DNA from: Deltaproteobacteria bacterium
GTDB taxonomy: Bacteria > Desulfobacterota > GWC2-55-46
DNA: 47,819 nucleotides
Assembly: GCA_016219115.1 (NCBI GenBank)
Contig: JACRCH010000007.1
Span: 1 to 47,819 of the forward strand
Direction: 5' to 3'
The stretch's first letter is position 1; each line of letters starts with the position of its first letter. The notes beneath the pieces are model-generated. The model saw nothing but the letters and a program-made list of their open reading frames with translations. It was not told the DNA's origin and searched no databases. This document shows positions 37,750 to 46,450 of the stretch, one piece after another. A program made the translations under genes and the position numbers.

Positions 37750-38418
37750 ATGTCAACTTTAGGTGAAAGAATAAGGTATATCAGGGAAGAAATTCTCAAG
37801 CTTAATCAGGCTGATTTTGCCAATAGCTTAGGTTTTTCAAGGGTTGCCACGATCAGTGATTATGAGAAAGACAAGAGAAGCCCTGACATTACCATTTTAC
37901 GCAAAATCGCAAATATAGGAAGTGTGACCCTTGAGTGGATCCTTACCGGAAGCGGCAACATATCAGTTTACGAACCGGCCAGGCCCGCGGTATCCAACGA
38001 GGTTAGCTCATCCGTATACAGCCATAACTTTGTCGAGGTAAATGTCTATGATATCTCCTCAGCCGGGGATCCCAAGAATTTCCCCGGGGCTGAACCCGTT
38101 GACAGGGCGTTTATACCAAAAGCCGATTATGAAAAAGGCCCGGTGGCCATAAGAGTAAAAGGCGATGCCATGAGCCCCAATATACTTGACGGCGCCACGG
38201 TCGGTGTAGACATCAGAGACAGGCGCCTGGTAAGCGGGGGTCTCTATGCGATCTGGCTCAATTTTGAAGGCGTGACCATAAAGAGGGTATTCGTCTATCC
38301 GGACAGGGTAGTACTGAAGTCCGACAACCCGACATTCCCCGAGACCGCCGTTTATAATGTAAACCGGTCAGAGGAATTTATAATAGGAAAGGTCGTCTGG
38401 GTGTATCAGAGGTATTGA
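37750..38418 (+). CDS. XRE-family HTH + S24 (LexA/CI-like) repressor, catalytic Ser replaced by Ala
   Basis: TLGERIR..LNQADFA..TISDYE HTH, LEWILTG, SAG scissile site, VKGDAMSP, TIKR, LKSDNP, IIGKVVW. Confidence 0.88.
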   Translation: MSTLGERIRYIREEILKLNQADFANSLGFSRVATISDYEKDKRSPDITILRKIANIGSVTLEWILTGSGNISVYEPARPAVSNEVSSSVYSHNFVEVNVYDISSAGDPKNFPGAEPVDRAFIPKADYEKGPVAIRVKGDAMSPNILDGATVGVDIRDRRLVSGGLYAIWLNFEGVTIKRVFVYPDRVVLKSDNPTFPETAVYNVNRSEEFIIGKVVWVYQRY

Positions 38419-38574
38419 AGAGATTTTGAGCGGATTCTCACGCCGCCACGGGTGTCTCAGTGCCTCTGTTCCACGAACCTCCGGTCTGTTTTTGGCGGTG
38501 ACGTTGCAATCGTATCAGCCGCGTATTTTAACCATTCAGTCTTTATCCCTCATTTTGCCCTTCCCTGTTTTAGA

Positions 38575-38603
38575 TTGACATTTAAGACGCTTTTTTGTAT
38601 CCT
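38575..38603 (+). promoter_or_regulatory. sigma70 promoter for aconitase
   Basis: TTGACA-17 bp-TATCCT. Confidence 0.5.
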
Positions 38604-38725
38604 TATAAGCCTCTCAATAGGGCGGCAAGCCCGCAAACCCTTGTTTTTTATGGATTAAGCAGGGGTTTTAGAGTTATAATGTAAAAATAAAACCTGCAGT
38701 AATATGACCTAAAGGAGGATCAACC

Positions 38726-40657
38726 GTGGGAAAGAGCGTCGCACAGAAGTTAATCGACAGCCACCTGGTATCCGGAGAGGCTGTACAGGGAAAAGAAGTA
38801 AACATACGGATAGACCAGACGATCACCCAGGACGCGACAGGCACGATGGCTTATCTTCAGTTCGAGGCGATGGGCGTGCCGAAGGTAAAGACAGAGCTTT
38901 CCGTGAGCTATGTCGACCACAATACGCTCCAGTACGGCGGTTTCGAGAACGCCGACGACCACAGGTTCCTCCAGACGCTCGCCTCAAAGTACGGCATATA
39001 CTTCTCAAGGCCCGGTAACGGCATCTGCCACCAGGTGCACCTCGAAAGGTTCGGCAAACCGGGTAAGACCATGCTCGGCTCCGACTCACACACGCCCACG
39101 GGCGGCGGCATAGGCATGCTTGCCATAGGCGCCGGCGGACTTGATGTCGCAGTTGCCATGGGCGGCGGCCCTTTCAGCCTCGCGTACCCGAAGGTAGTCC
39201 TTGTAAACCTCAAGGGCAAGCTTAAGCCCTGGGTATCGGCCAAGGATATAATCCTCGAGCTTTTAAGGCGGATGACGGTCAAGGGCGGAGTCGGAAAGGT
39301 CATCGAGTACGGCGGAGACGGCGTGAAGCACTTGACCGTCCCCGAGCGCGCAACGATAACCAACATGGGCGCCGAGCTTGGGGCCACCACCTCGGTCTTC
39401 CCGTCGGACGATGTGACAAAGGCGTTTTTAGCGGCTCAGGGCAGGGAAAAGGACTGGAAGGAATTAAGCGCCGACCCGGACGCCGGGTACGACGAGCGGA
39501 TAGACATCGACCTCAATAAGCTCGAGCCGATGATAGCAAGACCTCACATGCCCGACCAGGTCTGCAAGGTCAGCGAGGTAGAGGGGATGAAGGTCGACCA
39601 GGTATGCGTCGGAAGCTGCACGAACTCATCCTACAGGGACCTGATGCTCGTATCCGATACGTTCAAGAAGGGCGGCTTCAAGGTCCACCCCGAAGTGAGC
39701 ATGACGATTTCCCCCGGCTCAAAGCAGGTCCTTGACATGATGGCCCTTAACAAGGGACTTTCGCACCTCATCGAGGCCGGGGCACGGATACTCGAGGCGA
39801 CATGCGGCCCCTGCATCGGCAACGGACAATCGCCCCCGTCAGGCGGTGTTTCTTTAAGGACATTCAACAGGAATTTTGAGGGTAGATCCGGCACCAAGGA
39901 CGGCAAGGTCTACCTCTGCAGCCCGGAAACGGCCGTGGCGGCCGCCATCTACGGAGTCATCACCGACCCCAGGAAGCTCGGAAAGTTCCCGAAGGTCAAG
40001 ATGCCGGCGCAGTTCCTCGTGGACGACTCTATGGTGGTGCCCCCTGCAAAGGACCCCTCAAAGGTCACTATAATGCGCGGGCCGAACATCCAGCCCCTCC
40101 CGAAGCAGGGGCCGCTTACGGACACCTTGAAGGGCAAGGTCTTGATCAAGCTCGGCGACAACATCACGACCGACCACATAACACCGGCCGGCACATGGCT
40201 CAAGTACAGGAGCAACGTGCCCAAGTACTCTGAGTCGGTCTTCGCGCAGATAGACCCAAAGTTCCACGAGAAGGCGAAGGCCGCCGGAGGCGGGTTCGTC
40301 GTCGGAGGCGAGAACTACGGACAGGGCTCGTCGCGTGAGCACGCGGCGCTTTGCCCGATGTATCTCGGGATAAAGGCGATAATCGCCAAATCATTCGCAA
40401 GGATCCACAAGGACAACCTGGTGAACTTCGGCATCCTCCCGCTCACGTTCGAGAACCCGGCCGACTACGACGCGATAAGTGACGGTGACGAGCTTGAGCT
40501 GCAGGGTATCAAGAACGGCCTTAAGTCAGATACCGTGATACTCAGGAACGCGACCATGGGCAGGGAGATAAAGCTCAAGCACGGGTACTCGCCGAGACAG
40601 GTCGAGACGATAGTCGCAGGCGGAACGCTCAATTACACGACGGCTAAGAGCAAGTAA
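38726..40657 (+). CDS. Aconitate hydratase (short, about 640-aa type)
   Basis: QDATG, DHN, GICH, DSHT, Fe-S Cys motifs GSCTN and CGPCIG, TTDHI, GSSREHAA. Confidence 0.93.
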   Translation: MGKSVAQKLIDSHLVSGEAVQGKEVNIRIDQTITQDATGTMAYLQFEAMGVPKVKTELSVSYVDHNTLQYGGFENADDHRFLQTLASKYGIYFSRPGNGICHQVHLERFGKPGKTMLGSDSHTPTGGGIGMLAIGAGGLDVAVAMGGGPFSLAYPKVVLVNLKGKLKPWVSAKDIILELLRRMTVKGGVGKVIEYGGDGVKHLTVPERATITNMGAELGATTSVFPSDDVTKAFLAAQGREKDWKELSADPDAGYDERIDIDLNKLEPMIARPHMPDQVCKVSEVEGMKVDQVCVGSCTNSSYRDLMLVSDTFKKGGFKVHPEVSMTISPGSKQVLDMMALNKGLSHLIEAGARILEATCGPCIGNGQSPPSGGVSLRTFNRNFEGRSGTKDGKVYLCSPETAVAAAIYGVITDPRKLGKFPKVKMPAQFLVDDSMVVPPAKDPSKVTIMRGPNIQPLPKQGPLTDTLKGKVLIKLGDNITTDHITPAGTWLKYRSNVPKYSESVFAQIDPKFHEKAKAAGGGFVVGGENYGQGSSREHAALCPMYLGIKAIIAKSFARIHKDNLVNFGILPLTFENPADYDAISDGDELELQGIKNGLKSDTVILRNATMGREIKLKHGYSPRQVETIVAGGTLNYTTAKSK

Positions 40658-40663
40658 GAAGGC

Positions 40664-41071
40664 TTTTTAATATTTTCTTCGGGTTGAATGGGTGTGCCAG
40701 CCTTGACCCGCCGCTAAAGCGACGGGTCAAGGCTGGCAAATAAAAATGACCTCCCATACCATCAAAATTCTCCGTCATTTATGGCGGAAAATTTTAATTA
40801 AGCGCGGCTTGCCGCGTATATAAAAACAGATTTCCCTTTGGGCACCCCGCAGCTTGGCTAGCGGGGAGGTTCATTTCACAAAATTCCCTGTAGCTTGCCC
40901 TTGTAAAATCCTCCCCCTTGATGGGGGAGGGTAGGGTGGGGGTGAAAAATGTTTTCACCCTCCCCGCTTCCCGTTGCATCGGAAGAGCGCAACGGGAGCC
41001 CAGCCATCGCAATCGAGGGAGGGGAGGGTAAAAGAGATACCCCGGAGCAAGGCTTGCGGGGTGGTTCATTT
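40664..41071 (+). repeat. Nested mosaic of palindromic modules (Y, two extra hairpins, B, A doublet, B end)
   Basis: Hairpins at 40695-40738 and 40764-40795; B at 40798-40875; A at 40876-41030; terminal hairpin at 41037-41071. Confidence 0.9.
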
Positions 41072-41072
41072 C

Positions 41073-41178
41073 AGCGGGAACTCCCCGTCTGTAAGAGGGG
41101 GGATGAGAGCCGGTTCCTGCGTCACATGATGAGCGTTGCTAGCGGCCCGAAAGAGGCACGGCTGTAAAACCGTTGGTA
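41073..41178. mobile_element. Possible non-autonomous IS200/IS605-type miniature element (PATE-like)
   Basis: Two imperfect subterminal hairpins, TCCCCGTCTGTAAGAGGGGGGA and ACGGCTGTAAAACCGT, about 60 bp apart; no ORF. Confidence 0.35.
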
Positions 41179-41179
41179 T

Positions 41180-41854
41180 CTAAAAGAGGCTTTTGATGAG
41201 GCCCCCTTCCGCAAGGTCGGGGGCCTCGTTTTTTGCGCGCGGGAACTCGAATACCAGGAGGCCGGTCCTCCGCTCAATCTCTTTCGCGTTATGCTTCATC
41301 GATTCGTCCGCGGCATGAGAGTTGTCGTTCAGTATTATCGCCCTGACTTCTATCCCCCTTTTTCCGGCGGCCTCTACCGTAAGGAGCGTGTGGTTTATGA
41401 CTCCGAGCCTGGAAGTGGCTACGATTATTATCGGGAGCCTCAAGGCCGCGGCGAGGTCGGCTACGGTCTTGTCGTCCGTAAGCGGGGCCAGGAGGCCTCC
41501 GGCCCCCTCCACGAGCATAAGGTCGTGTCTGACCGAAAGCTCCAGATAAACATTCTTCAAGGCCGCGAAGTCTATCTCGGAGCCTGAGATACGGGCCGCC
41601 AGATGGGGGGAGAGCGCCGGGGCGAACCTGTACGGGCAGATCGCCTCTATCGGGTCGGCCGAACCGGAGGCCTCCTTGAGGGTTAAAGCGTCCTCGGGGA
41701 CGAGTGCGCCGTCTATTTCAGCGCAGCCCGACTCTACGGGCTTCATCACACCGACATCGGCCCCCTTGAGCCTCAAGGCCCTCGCTATTGAAGCGGCGAC
41801 AAAGGTCTTTCCGGCCCCGGTGTCGGTGGCGGTTATGAAGCAGGAGCGGGTCAT
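41180..41854 (-). CDS. bioD: Dethiobiotin synthase
   Basis: ITATDTGAGKT, KPVESG, VEGAGG, LGVINH. Confidence 0.96.
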   Translation of the reverse strand: MTRSCFITATDTGAGKTFVAASIARALRLKGADVGVMKPVESGCAEIDGALVPEDALTLKEASGSADPIEAICPYRFAPALSPHLAARISGSEIDFAALKNVYLELSVRHDLMLVEGAGGLLAPLTDDKTVADLAAALRLPIIIVATSRLGVINHTLLTVEAAGKRGIEVRAIILNDNSHAADESMKHNAKEIERRTGLLVFEFPRAKNEAPDLAEGGLIKSLF

Positions 41855-43206
41855 TGCGTCAGCCTCTTTACGCAGTCGCAGGTAATCCCTACTATCTTTT
41901 TAAGCTCTGAACCCGTTATGCTCAGGGGCGGCATGATGACGATGGTGTCGCCAAGCGGCCTTATGATAAGGCCGTACTTTCTCGCTTCCATGCATACGCG
42001 GTGGCCGAGCCTCTCATCCGACGGGTAAGGCTTTTTTGTCTTCCTGTCCGCCACAAGCTCGATTCCCGCGATAAGCCCGGCCTGCCTCACTTCGCCGACA
42101 TGGCCGAAAGATTCGAATCTTTTAAGGAGTTCCCTGAAGAGAGTGATCTTGCCTTTAAGTCTTTCCATGACCTTCTCGTCTTTGAATATATCGAGGTTAG
42201 CGATGGCGGCGGCGCATCCAAGCGGGTTTCCGGTATACGTGTGGCCGTGGAAGAAGCTTTTGTACTCGTCGTACCGGCCGAGGAAGGCTTTGTATACCTT
42301 CTCGGTAGTAAGCGTTGCCGCAAGCGGCATATACCCGCCGGTGAGACCCTTGGCGAGACATAAAAAGTCCGGGACGACACCTTCGGCGTCGCAGGCGAAC
42401 ATTGAGCCGGTCCTGCCGAAGCCCGTTGCCACCTCGTCGACTATGAGGAGGACATCGTATTTTCTGGTAAGCCTCCTTACCGCCTTCAGGAAGCCCGGAG
42501 GCGAGGTCACAATCCCGGCGGCCCCCTCGAAGAGCGGCTCTATGACGCAGCCGGCGATCTCTTCGTGGTGGTCCTTCAATATGTCTTCAAGCGCATTTAG
42601 ACACGCAGTCTTGCAGTCCTTTTTGTCTTTCCCGACCGGGCACCTGTAGCAGTAGGGGTATGGGGCCCTGAAAGTATCGAACAAAAGCGGGCGGTACTTC
42701 TTTACGAATATGTCTATCTCTCCGACGGACATGGAGCCGAAGGTATCCCCGTGGTACGCCCCCGTGAACGCGATGAACTTTCTCTTGCGGTTTTTTCTGT
42801 TCGTCTGCTCATGGTACTGGAAGGCCATCTTTAGCGCTATCTCAACGGCCGTCGATCCGTTGTCCGAGTAGAAGACCCTGCCAAGCCCCCCGGGGGCGAT
42901 CTCTGCGAGCCTTTCGGCAAGTTCGATGGACGGCGTGTTCCCGAGGCCAAGAAGCGTCGAGTGGGCGATTTTGGAGAGCTGTTTTTTCACGGCGGAGTCT
43001 ATCTCTTTTTTCCTGTGGCCGTGGACAGTGACCCAGAGCGACGATACCCCGTCGAGGTAGCGTCTCCCTTCGGTATCTATAAGGTAGTTGCCCTTGCCGC
43101 GTTCTATTATGAGCGGGTCTGACTCCGCCCACTCCTTCATCTGCGTGAACGGGTGCCAGAGATGTTTTTTGTCGAGAGAGATAAGTCTTTTTGTTTTAGG
43201 TGTCAT
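41851..43206 (-). CDS. bioA: Adenosylmethionine-8-amino-7-oxononanoate aminotransferase
   Basis: [47 protein letters not shown]. Confidence 0.96.
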   Translation of the reverse strand: MTPKTKRLISLDKKHLWHPFTQMKEWAESDPLIIERGKGNYLIDTEGRRYLDGVSSLWVTVHGHRKKEIDSAVKKQLSKIAHSTLLGLGNTPSIELAERLAEIAPGGLGRVFYSDNGSTAVEIALKMAFQYHEQTNRKNRKRKFIAFTGAYHGDTFGSMSVGEIDIFVKKYRPLLFDTFRAPYPYCYRCPVGKDKKDCKTACLNALEDILKDHHEEIAGCVIEPLFEGAAGIVTSPPGFLKAVRRLTRKYDVLLIVDEVATGFGRTGSMFACDAEGVVPDFLCLAKGLTGGYMPLAATLTTEKVYKAFLGRYDEYKSFFHGHTYTGNPLGCAAAIANLDIFKDEKVMERLKGKITLFRELLKRFESFGHVGEVRQAGLIAGIELVADRKTKKPYPSDERLGHRVCMEARKYGLIIRPLGDTIVIMPPLSITGSELKKIVGITCDCVKRLTQ

Positions 43207-43255
43207 TTGATTAAGATGAAGATCATTTGTAATTTTATTCTCTTTTAGGGTTAAA

Positions 43256-43458
43256 TACCCCGTAGCTTGCCGCGTTTTTGTAAGAGATCTTTTGCGCGCT
43301 GCCGTGCGGTTTTCGGGGGTAGGGTTCTGTCCGCTTTCTTCCTCCCCGGCCCCGTCGCTCGCCCCTTAGGTCGCTACGCTCCCAGCGCCTCGGCTCGCTC
43401 CCGCTTCCTCGCCTTAGGCGGCCTCACCCTACGCCCCGCTGGGTTTGGGAAGACAAAA
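43256..43458 (+). repeat. B-type half hairpin followed by module D copy 2, inside the bio cluster
   Basis: ATACCCCGTAGCTTGCCGCG (compare 13231) then a region homologous to 36806-37066. Confidence 0.85.
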
Positions 43459-43551
43459 ATTTTAAAACACCTTCACTCAAACTCGCCTTACCCTCATTGG
43501 TTTGTGAAAGACAAAACAAAACTAAAATCTGGGCTTTTCATTATTTCGTCT

Positions 43552-44433
43552 TTAACCCGGCGTGCGCTTACATCGTGCCGCCGTGAAGATCACCTCGTAG
43601 GTGGCTATTATCCCGTCTCCTCCCGGGGCCGGGAATTTTCCGGCGTAGACCCGTCCGGCCTCTTTGAGGACGGAGCCGACGGAGAGGCCCCTGTTCCTGT
43701 CCAGTGGAGGGGAGGCGCCTATGTTCTTAAGCGTACGGAGCAACTCCCTCAGGTCGGCATATCTTTTAAATACCGGCAGGCTCTCAAGGCTTATCAACTC
43801 AAGGCCGGCCCCGCTCAATTCTTCCGATACCTCATCCATCTTTTTAAACTCCATCAGGGATGAGGCCTTTGAAGACGCTCTAGCCTCTTTGTACGAGGCC
43901 CTCAGTTCGTTCAGCGTCGAGGGGCCAAGCGTTGAGAAGACGAAGAGCCCACCGGGGCGGAGTACCCGTTCGGCCTCCCTGAACGCGGCGGTCAGGGAGG
44001 CGGCCCACTGGTAGGTGAGGCTTGAAGTAACCATGTCGAAGGAGGAGGATGCGAACGGAAGCGATTCGCAGTCGGAGGCTACAAGGGTTGCCTCCGCGCG
44101 GTTCTCCCTCGCCTTAAGAAGCATCGGCAGAGCTATGTCCGAGGCGTAGACTCGGGCTCTGCGGCAGACCTTCTTTAACTCCGCTACGAGGTTACCCGTG
44201 CCGCAGCCGACGTCCAGGACTTTTTCGGTCCGGGCCGAGAGACGGACTTCCGTGAGCATCCTATCGAGTCCGGCCCTCTCGAAGGCCGGGTGGCCGAAGT
44301 CAGGGCTGCCCACAAGCGTCTCGACGCACCGGGCGAGGTCTGAAGCGACCTCTTTTTGAAGCGCGGAGCTTCTGTCATAGGTATCGGCGGCCCTTGCGAA
44401 AGACCTTTGTATCGTATCCTTATCCGGCCTCAT
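43552..44433 (-). CDS. bioC: Malonyl-ACP O-methyltransferase
   Basis: F.RAADTYD..S.LQ, VLDVGCGTG, YQW, STLGPSTL.EL, LKNIGA, ATYEV. Confidence 0.9.
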   Translation of the reverse strand: MRPDKDTIQRSFARAADTYDRSSALQKEVASDLARCVETLVGSPDFGHPAFERAGLDRMLTEVRLSARTEKVLDVGCGTGNLVAELKKVCRRARVYASDIALPMLLKARENRAEATLVASDCESLPFASSSFDMVTSSLTYQWAASLTAAFREAERVLRPGGLFVFSTLGPSTLNELRASYKEARASSKASSLMEFKKMDEVSEELSGAGLELISLESLPVFKRYADLRELLRTLKNIGASPPLDRNRGLSVGSVLKEAGRVYAGKFPAPGGDGIIATYEVIFTAARCKRTPG

Positions 44434-45218
44434 AACCGCTCCATGAAATCCTTTACGGCTTCGTTGAACCTCTGCGGCTCTGTCACAAACGGCGCGTGCC
44501 CGGCCTCTTTGAATACCTTTAGTTCAGCGCCGTTTATCTTATCCGCCAGGTACCTCCCGGCGCCAGCGGGGGTCACACCGTCTTTCCCCCCGTGGACTAT
44601 AAGGGTGGGGGTATCTATCAGGCTCAAAGCCCCGCGGATATCGGTCAAATAGAGCGCCTCAAGGGCCGTTGTTATCTCGTCGTACTTGAAGACCGGGAAG
44701 CATCCGGGGACTGCGGTAGTGCAGTCGAGCGGTCCGGGGTACCCGTACCGCTCGATAAATCTCCCGGCGCCGACGGTATTAAGCTCCGTTCCGGTAAAGT
44801 TAAGGCCGTAGAACCTGTTGACGGTCGAGGCCGGGTCTTTTTTCATGTCGAGTATCATCCGTTTTACAAGCACCCGTGATTGACCCCATGGAAAATCTTC
44901 TTTCTCGACAAAGCACGGGGTGGCCCCGACGAGGACCAGCCCCCCGAACTTCTTTTTCAGGGAGCCGAAAGAGGCGACCAGGACCTCGGCACCGAGCGAC
45001 CAGCCCACGCCGATTATGGAATTATCCTCAAGGGCCGAGAGACGGCTTGACAGCTCTTTTATCGCCGGCGAGAGCGTCGGCTCATCCCACTTTTCTCTTC
45101 CTCCGTGGCCCGGGAGGCTGAGGTTCAATATATTCTTATCTCCTCCAAGCGCCTTTGCCGCGCCTTCCCATACAAAATTGTCCGTGGCCCAGCCGTGTAT
45201 GAAGAGGAGGGTCCGCAT
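44430..45218 (-). CDS. bioH: Pimeloyl-ACP methyl ester carboxylesterase
   Basis: HGW oxyanion motif, GWSLG nucleophile, G.KD, AGHAPF; located between bioF and bioC. Confidence 0.85.
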   Translation of the reverse strand: MRTLLFIHGWATDNFVWEGAAKALGGDKNILNLSLPGHGGREKWDEPTLSPAIKELSSRLSALEDNSIIGVGWSLGAEVLVASFGSLKKKFGGLVLVGATPCFVEKEDFPWGQSRVLVKRMILDMKKDPASTVNRFYGLNFTGTELNTVGAGRFIERYGYPGPLDCTTAVPGCFPVFKYDEITTALEALYLTDIRGALSLIDTPTLIVHGGKDGVTPAGAGRYLADKINGAELKVFKEAGHAPFVTEPQRFNEAVKDFMERL

Positions 45219-46369
45219 TATCGGGCCAGCTCCTCTTTTATGGCTGCCAGCGCCTTCCGTAGATCCTCACTGCCGTGGGCGGCCGTTATGGTGACGCGCA
45301 GCCTTGAGGTCTTTTCAGGGACTGTCGGGGGCCGTATGCCCTGTATGAAGACGCCCTTTTCAAGGAGGTTTTTACTTATCTCCATGGTACGGGAGGCGTC
45401 CCCCACCACTATCGGTATTATCTGGGTCGGGCTGCCGAGGGTCTCTATCCCTTCGGGCAGTCCCCGCTTGAAGAACTCGACATTCTCCCAGAGCTTATCC
45501 CTTAAACTCGGTTCGTTTTCCATCACGTCGAATGCGGCGATAGAGGCCGAAGCCATCGAGGGAGGCAGAGCAGTAGTATAAATGAAAGGGCGCGCCTTCG
45601 AGATTAAAAGTTCTATCAGGCTTTTACTCCCGGCCACATACGCCCCGAACGAGCCGAGGGCCTTGCCGAGCGTGCCCATGTGGATGACGGATGGGTGCGT
45701 AACCCCCAGGTGCTCCGGCGTGCCTCTGCCGGTTTTGCCAAGCACGCCCGTTGCGTGCGCGTCGTCCACTATCAGAAGGGCGTTGTGCCTGTCGAGCAGC
45801 CCCGCTATCTCCTTTAACGGAGCGATGGAGCCGTCCATGCTGAAGACCCCGTCGGTGACGATGAGCTTGTTTTTAGCAGCGGATTTTTTTAAAAGCCTCT
45901 CCAGAGAATCCACATCCCTGTTCGGGTACCGATGTACCCCGGCGAAACTTAAACGGCACGCGTCTACTATCGAGGCGTGGTTGAGCCTGTCGGAAAATAC
46001 CGCGGTAGACCTGTCCGAGAGGGCGGAGATAAGCCCGATGTTCGTCTGATAGCCTGAGTTAAAGAGCAGCGCGGCCCCGGTCCCCTTGAACCGGCGTATG
46101 CGCTCTTCAAGCTCGGCGTGCGGCTCCATGTTGCCCGATACCAGGCGAGAGGCCCCGGCGCCGAAGCCGTACCTGTCGATCGCCCTTTTGGCAGCCTCTT
46201 TCACCAGCGGGTGGTTGGCGAGACCGAGGTAGTCGTTGGAGCACAGAAGCACGGCCTCTCTGCCGTCTACCGTGACGGATGGGCCCTGCGTGCCGGTAAC
46301 GACCCTCATGGCGCGTTTTAGCCCTGCGGCGTTTATCCTTTCGAGTTCCTCGGTTATGAATGAGTTCAT
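45218..46369 (-). CDS. bioF: 8-amino-7-oxononanoate synthase
   Basis: SNDYLGL, GAGASRL, NHAS, DDAHA, TLGKALG, IRPPTVP; ATG at 46369 chosen. Confidence 0.95.
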   Translation of the reverse strand: MNSFITEELERINAAGLKRAMRVVTGTQGPSVTVDGREAVLLCSNDYLGLANHPLVKEAAKRAIDRYGFGAGASRLVSGNMEPHAELEERIRRFKGTGAALLFNSGYQTNIGLISALSDRSTAVFSDRLNHASIVDACRLSFAGVHRYPNRDVDSLERLLKKSAAKNKLIVTDGVFSMDGSIAPLKEIAGLLDRHNALLIVDDAHATGVLGKTGRGTPEHLGVTHPSVIHMGTLGKALGSFGAYVAGSKSLIELLISKARPFIYTTALPPSMASASIAAFDVMENEPSLRDKLWENVEFFKRGLPEGIETLGSPTQIIPIVVGDASRTMEISKNLLEKGVFIQGIRPPTVPEKTSRLRVTITAAHGSEDLRKALAAIKEELAR

Positions 46370-46450
46370 AAAATGGCCGGCTTTTCTTAACGGTCCGGAC
46401 CCGCTGTGGTCTTCAAGCCCATGCAGGGTCCGTTTCAAGCGGTGGAGGCG

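Noticed and set aside
36590-38460. Intact prophage or integrative element at tRNA-Cys
   Set aside because: No integrase or structural genes and no direct repeat of the tRNA 3' end; the 10-nt GAGCGGATTC match near 38428 is inverted and plausibly chance
41122-41156. Hammerhead ribozyme-like TGATGAG...CGAAA
   Set aside because: Core reads ATGATGA rather than CTGATGA, and convincing stems I-III could not be built
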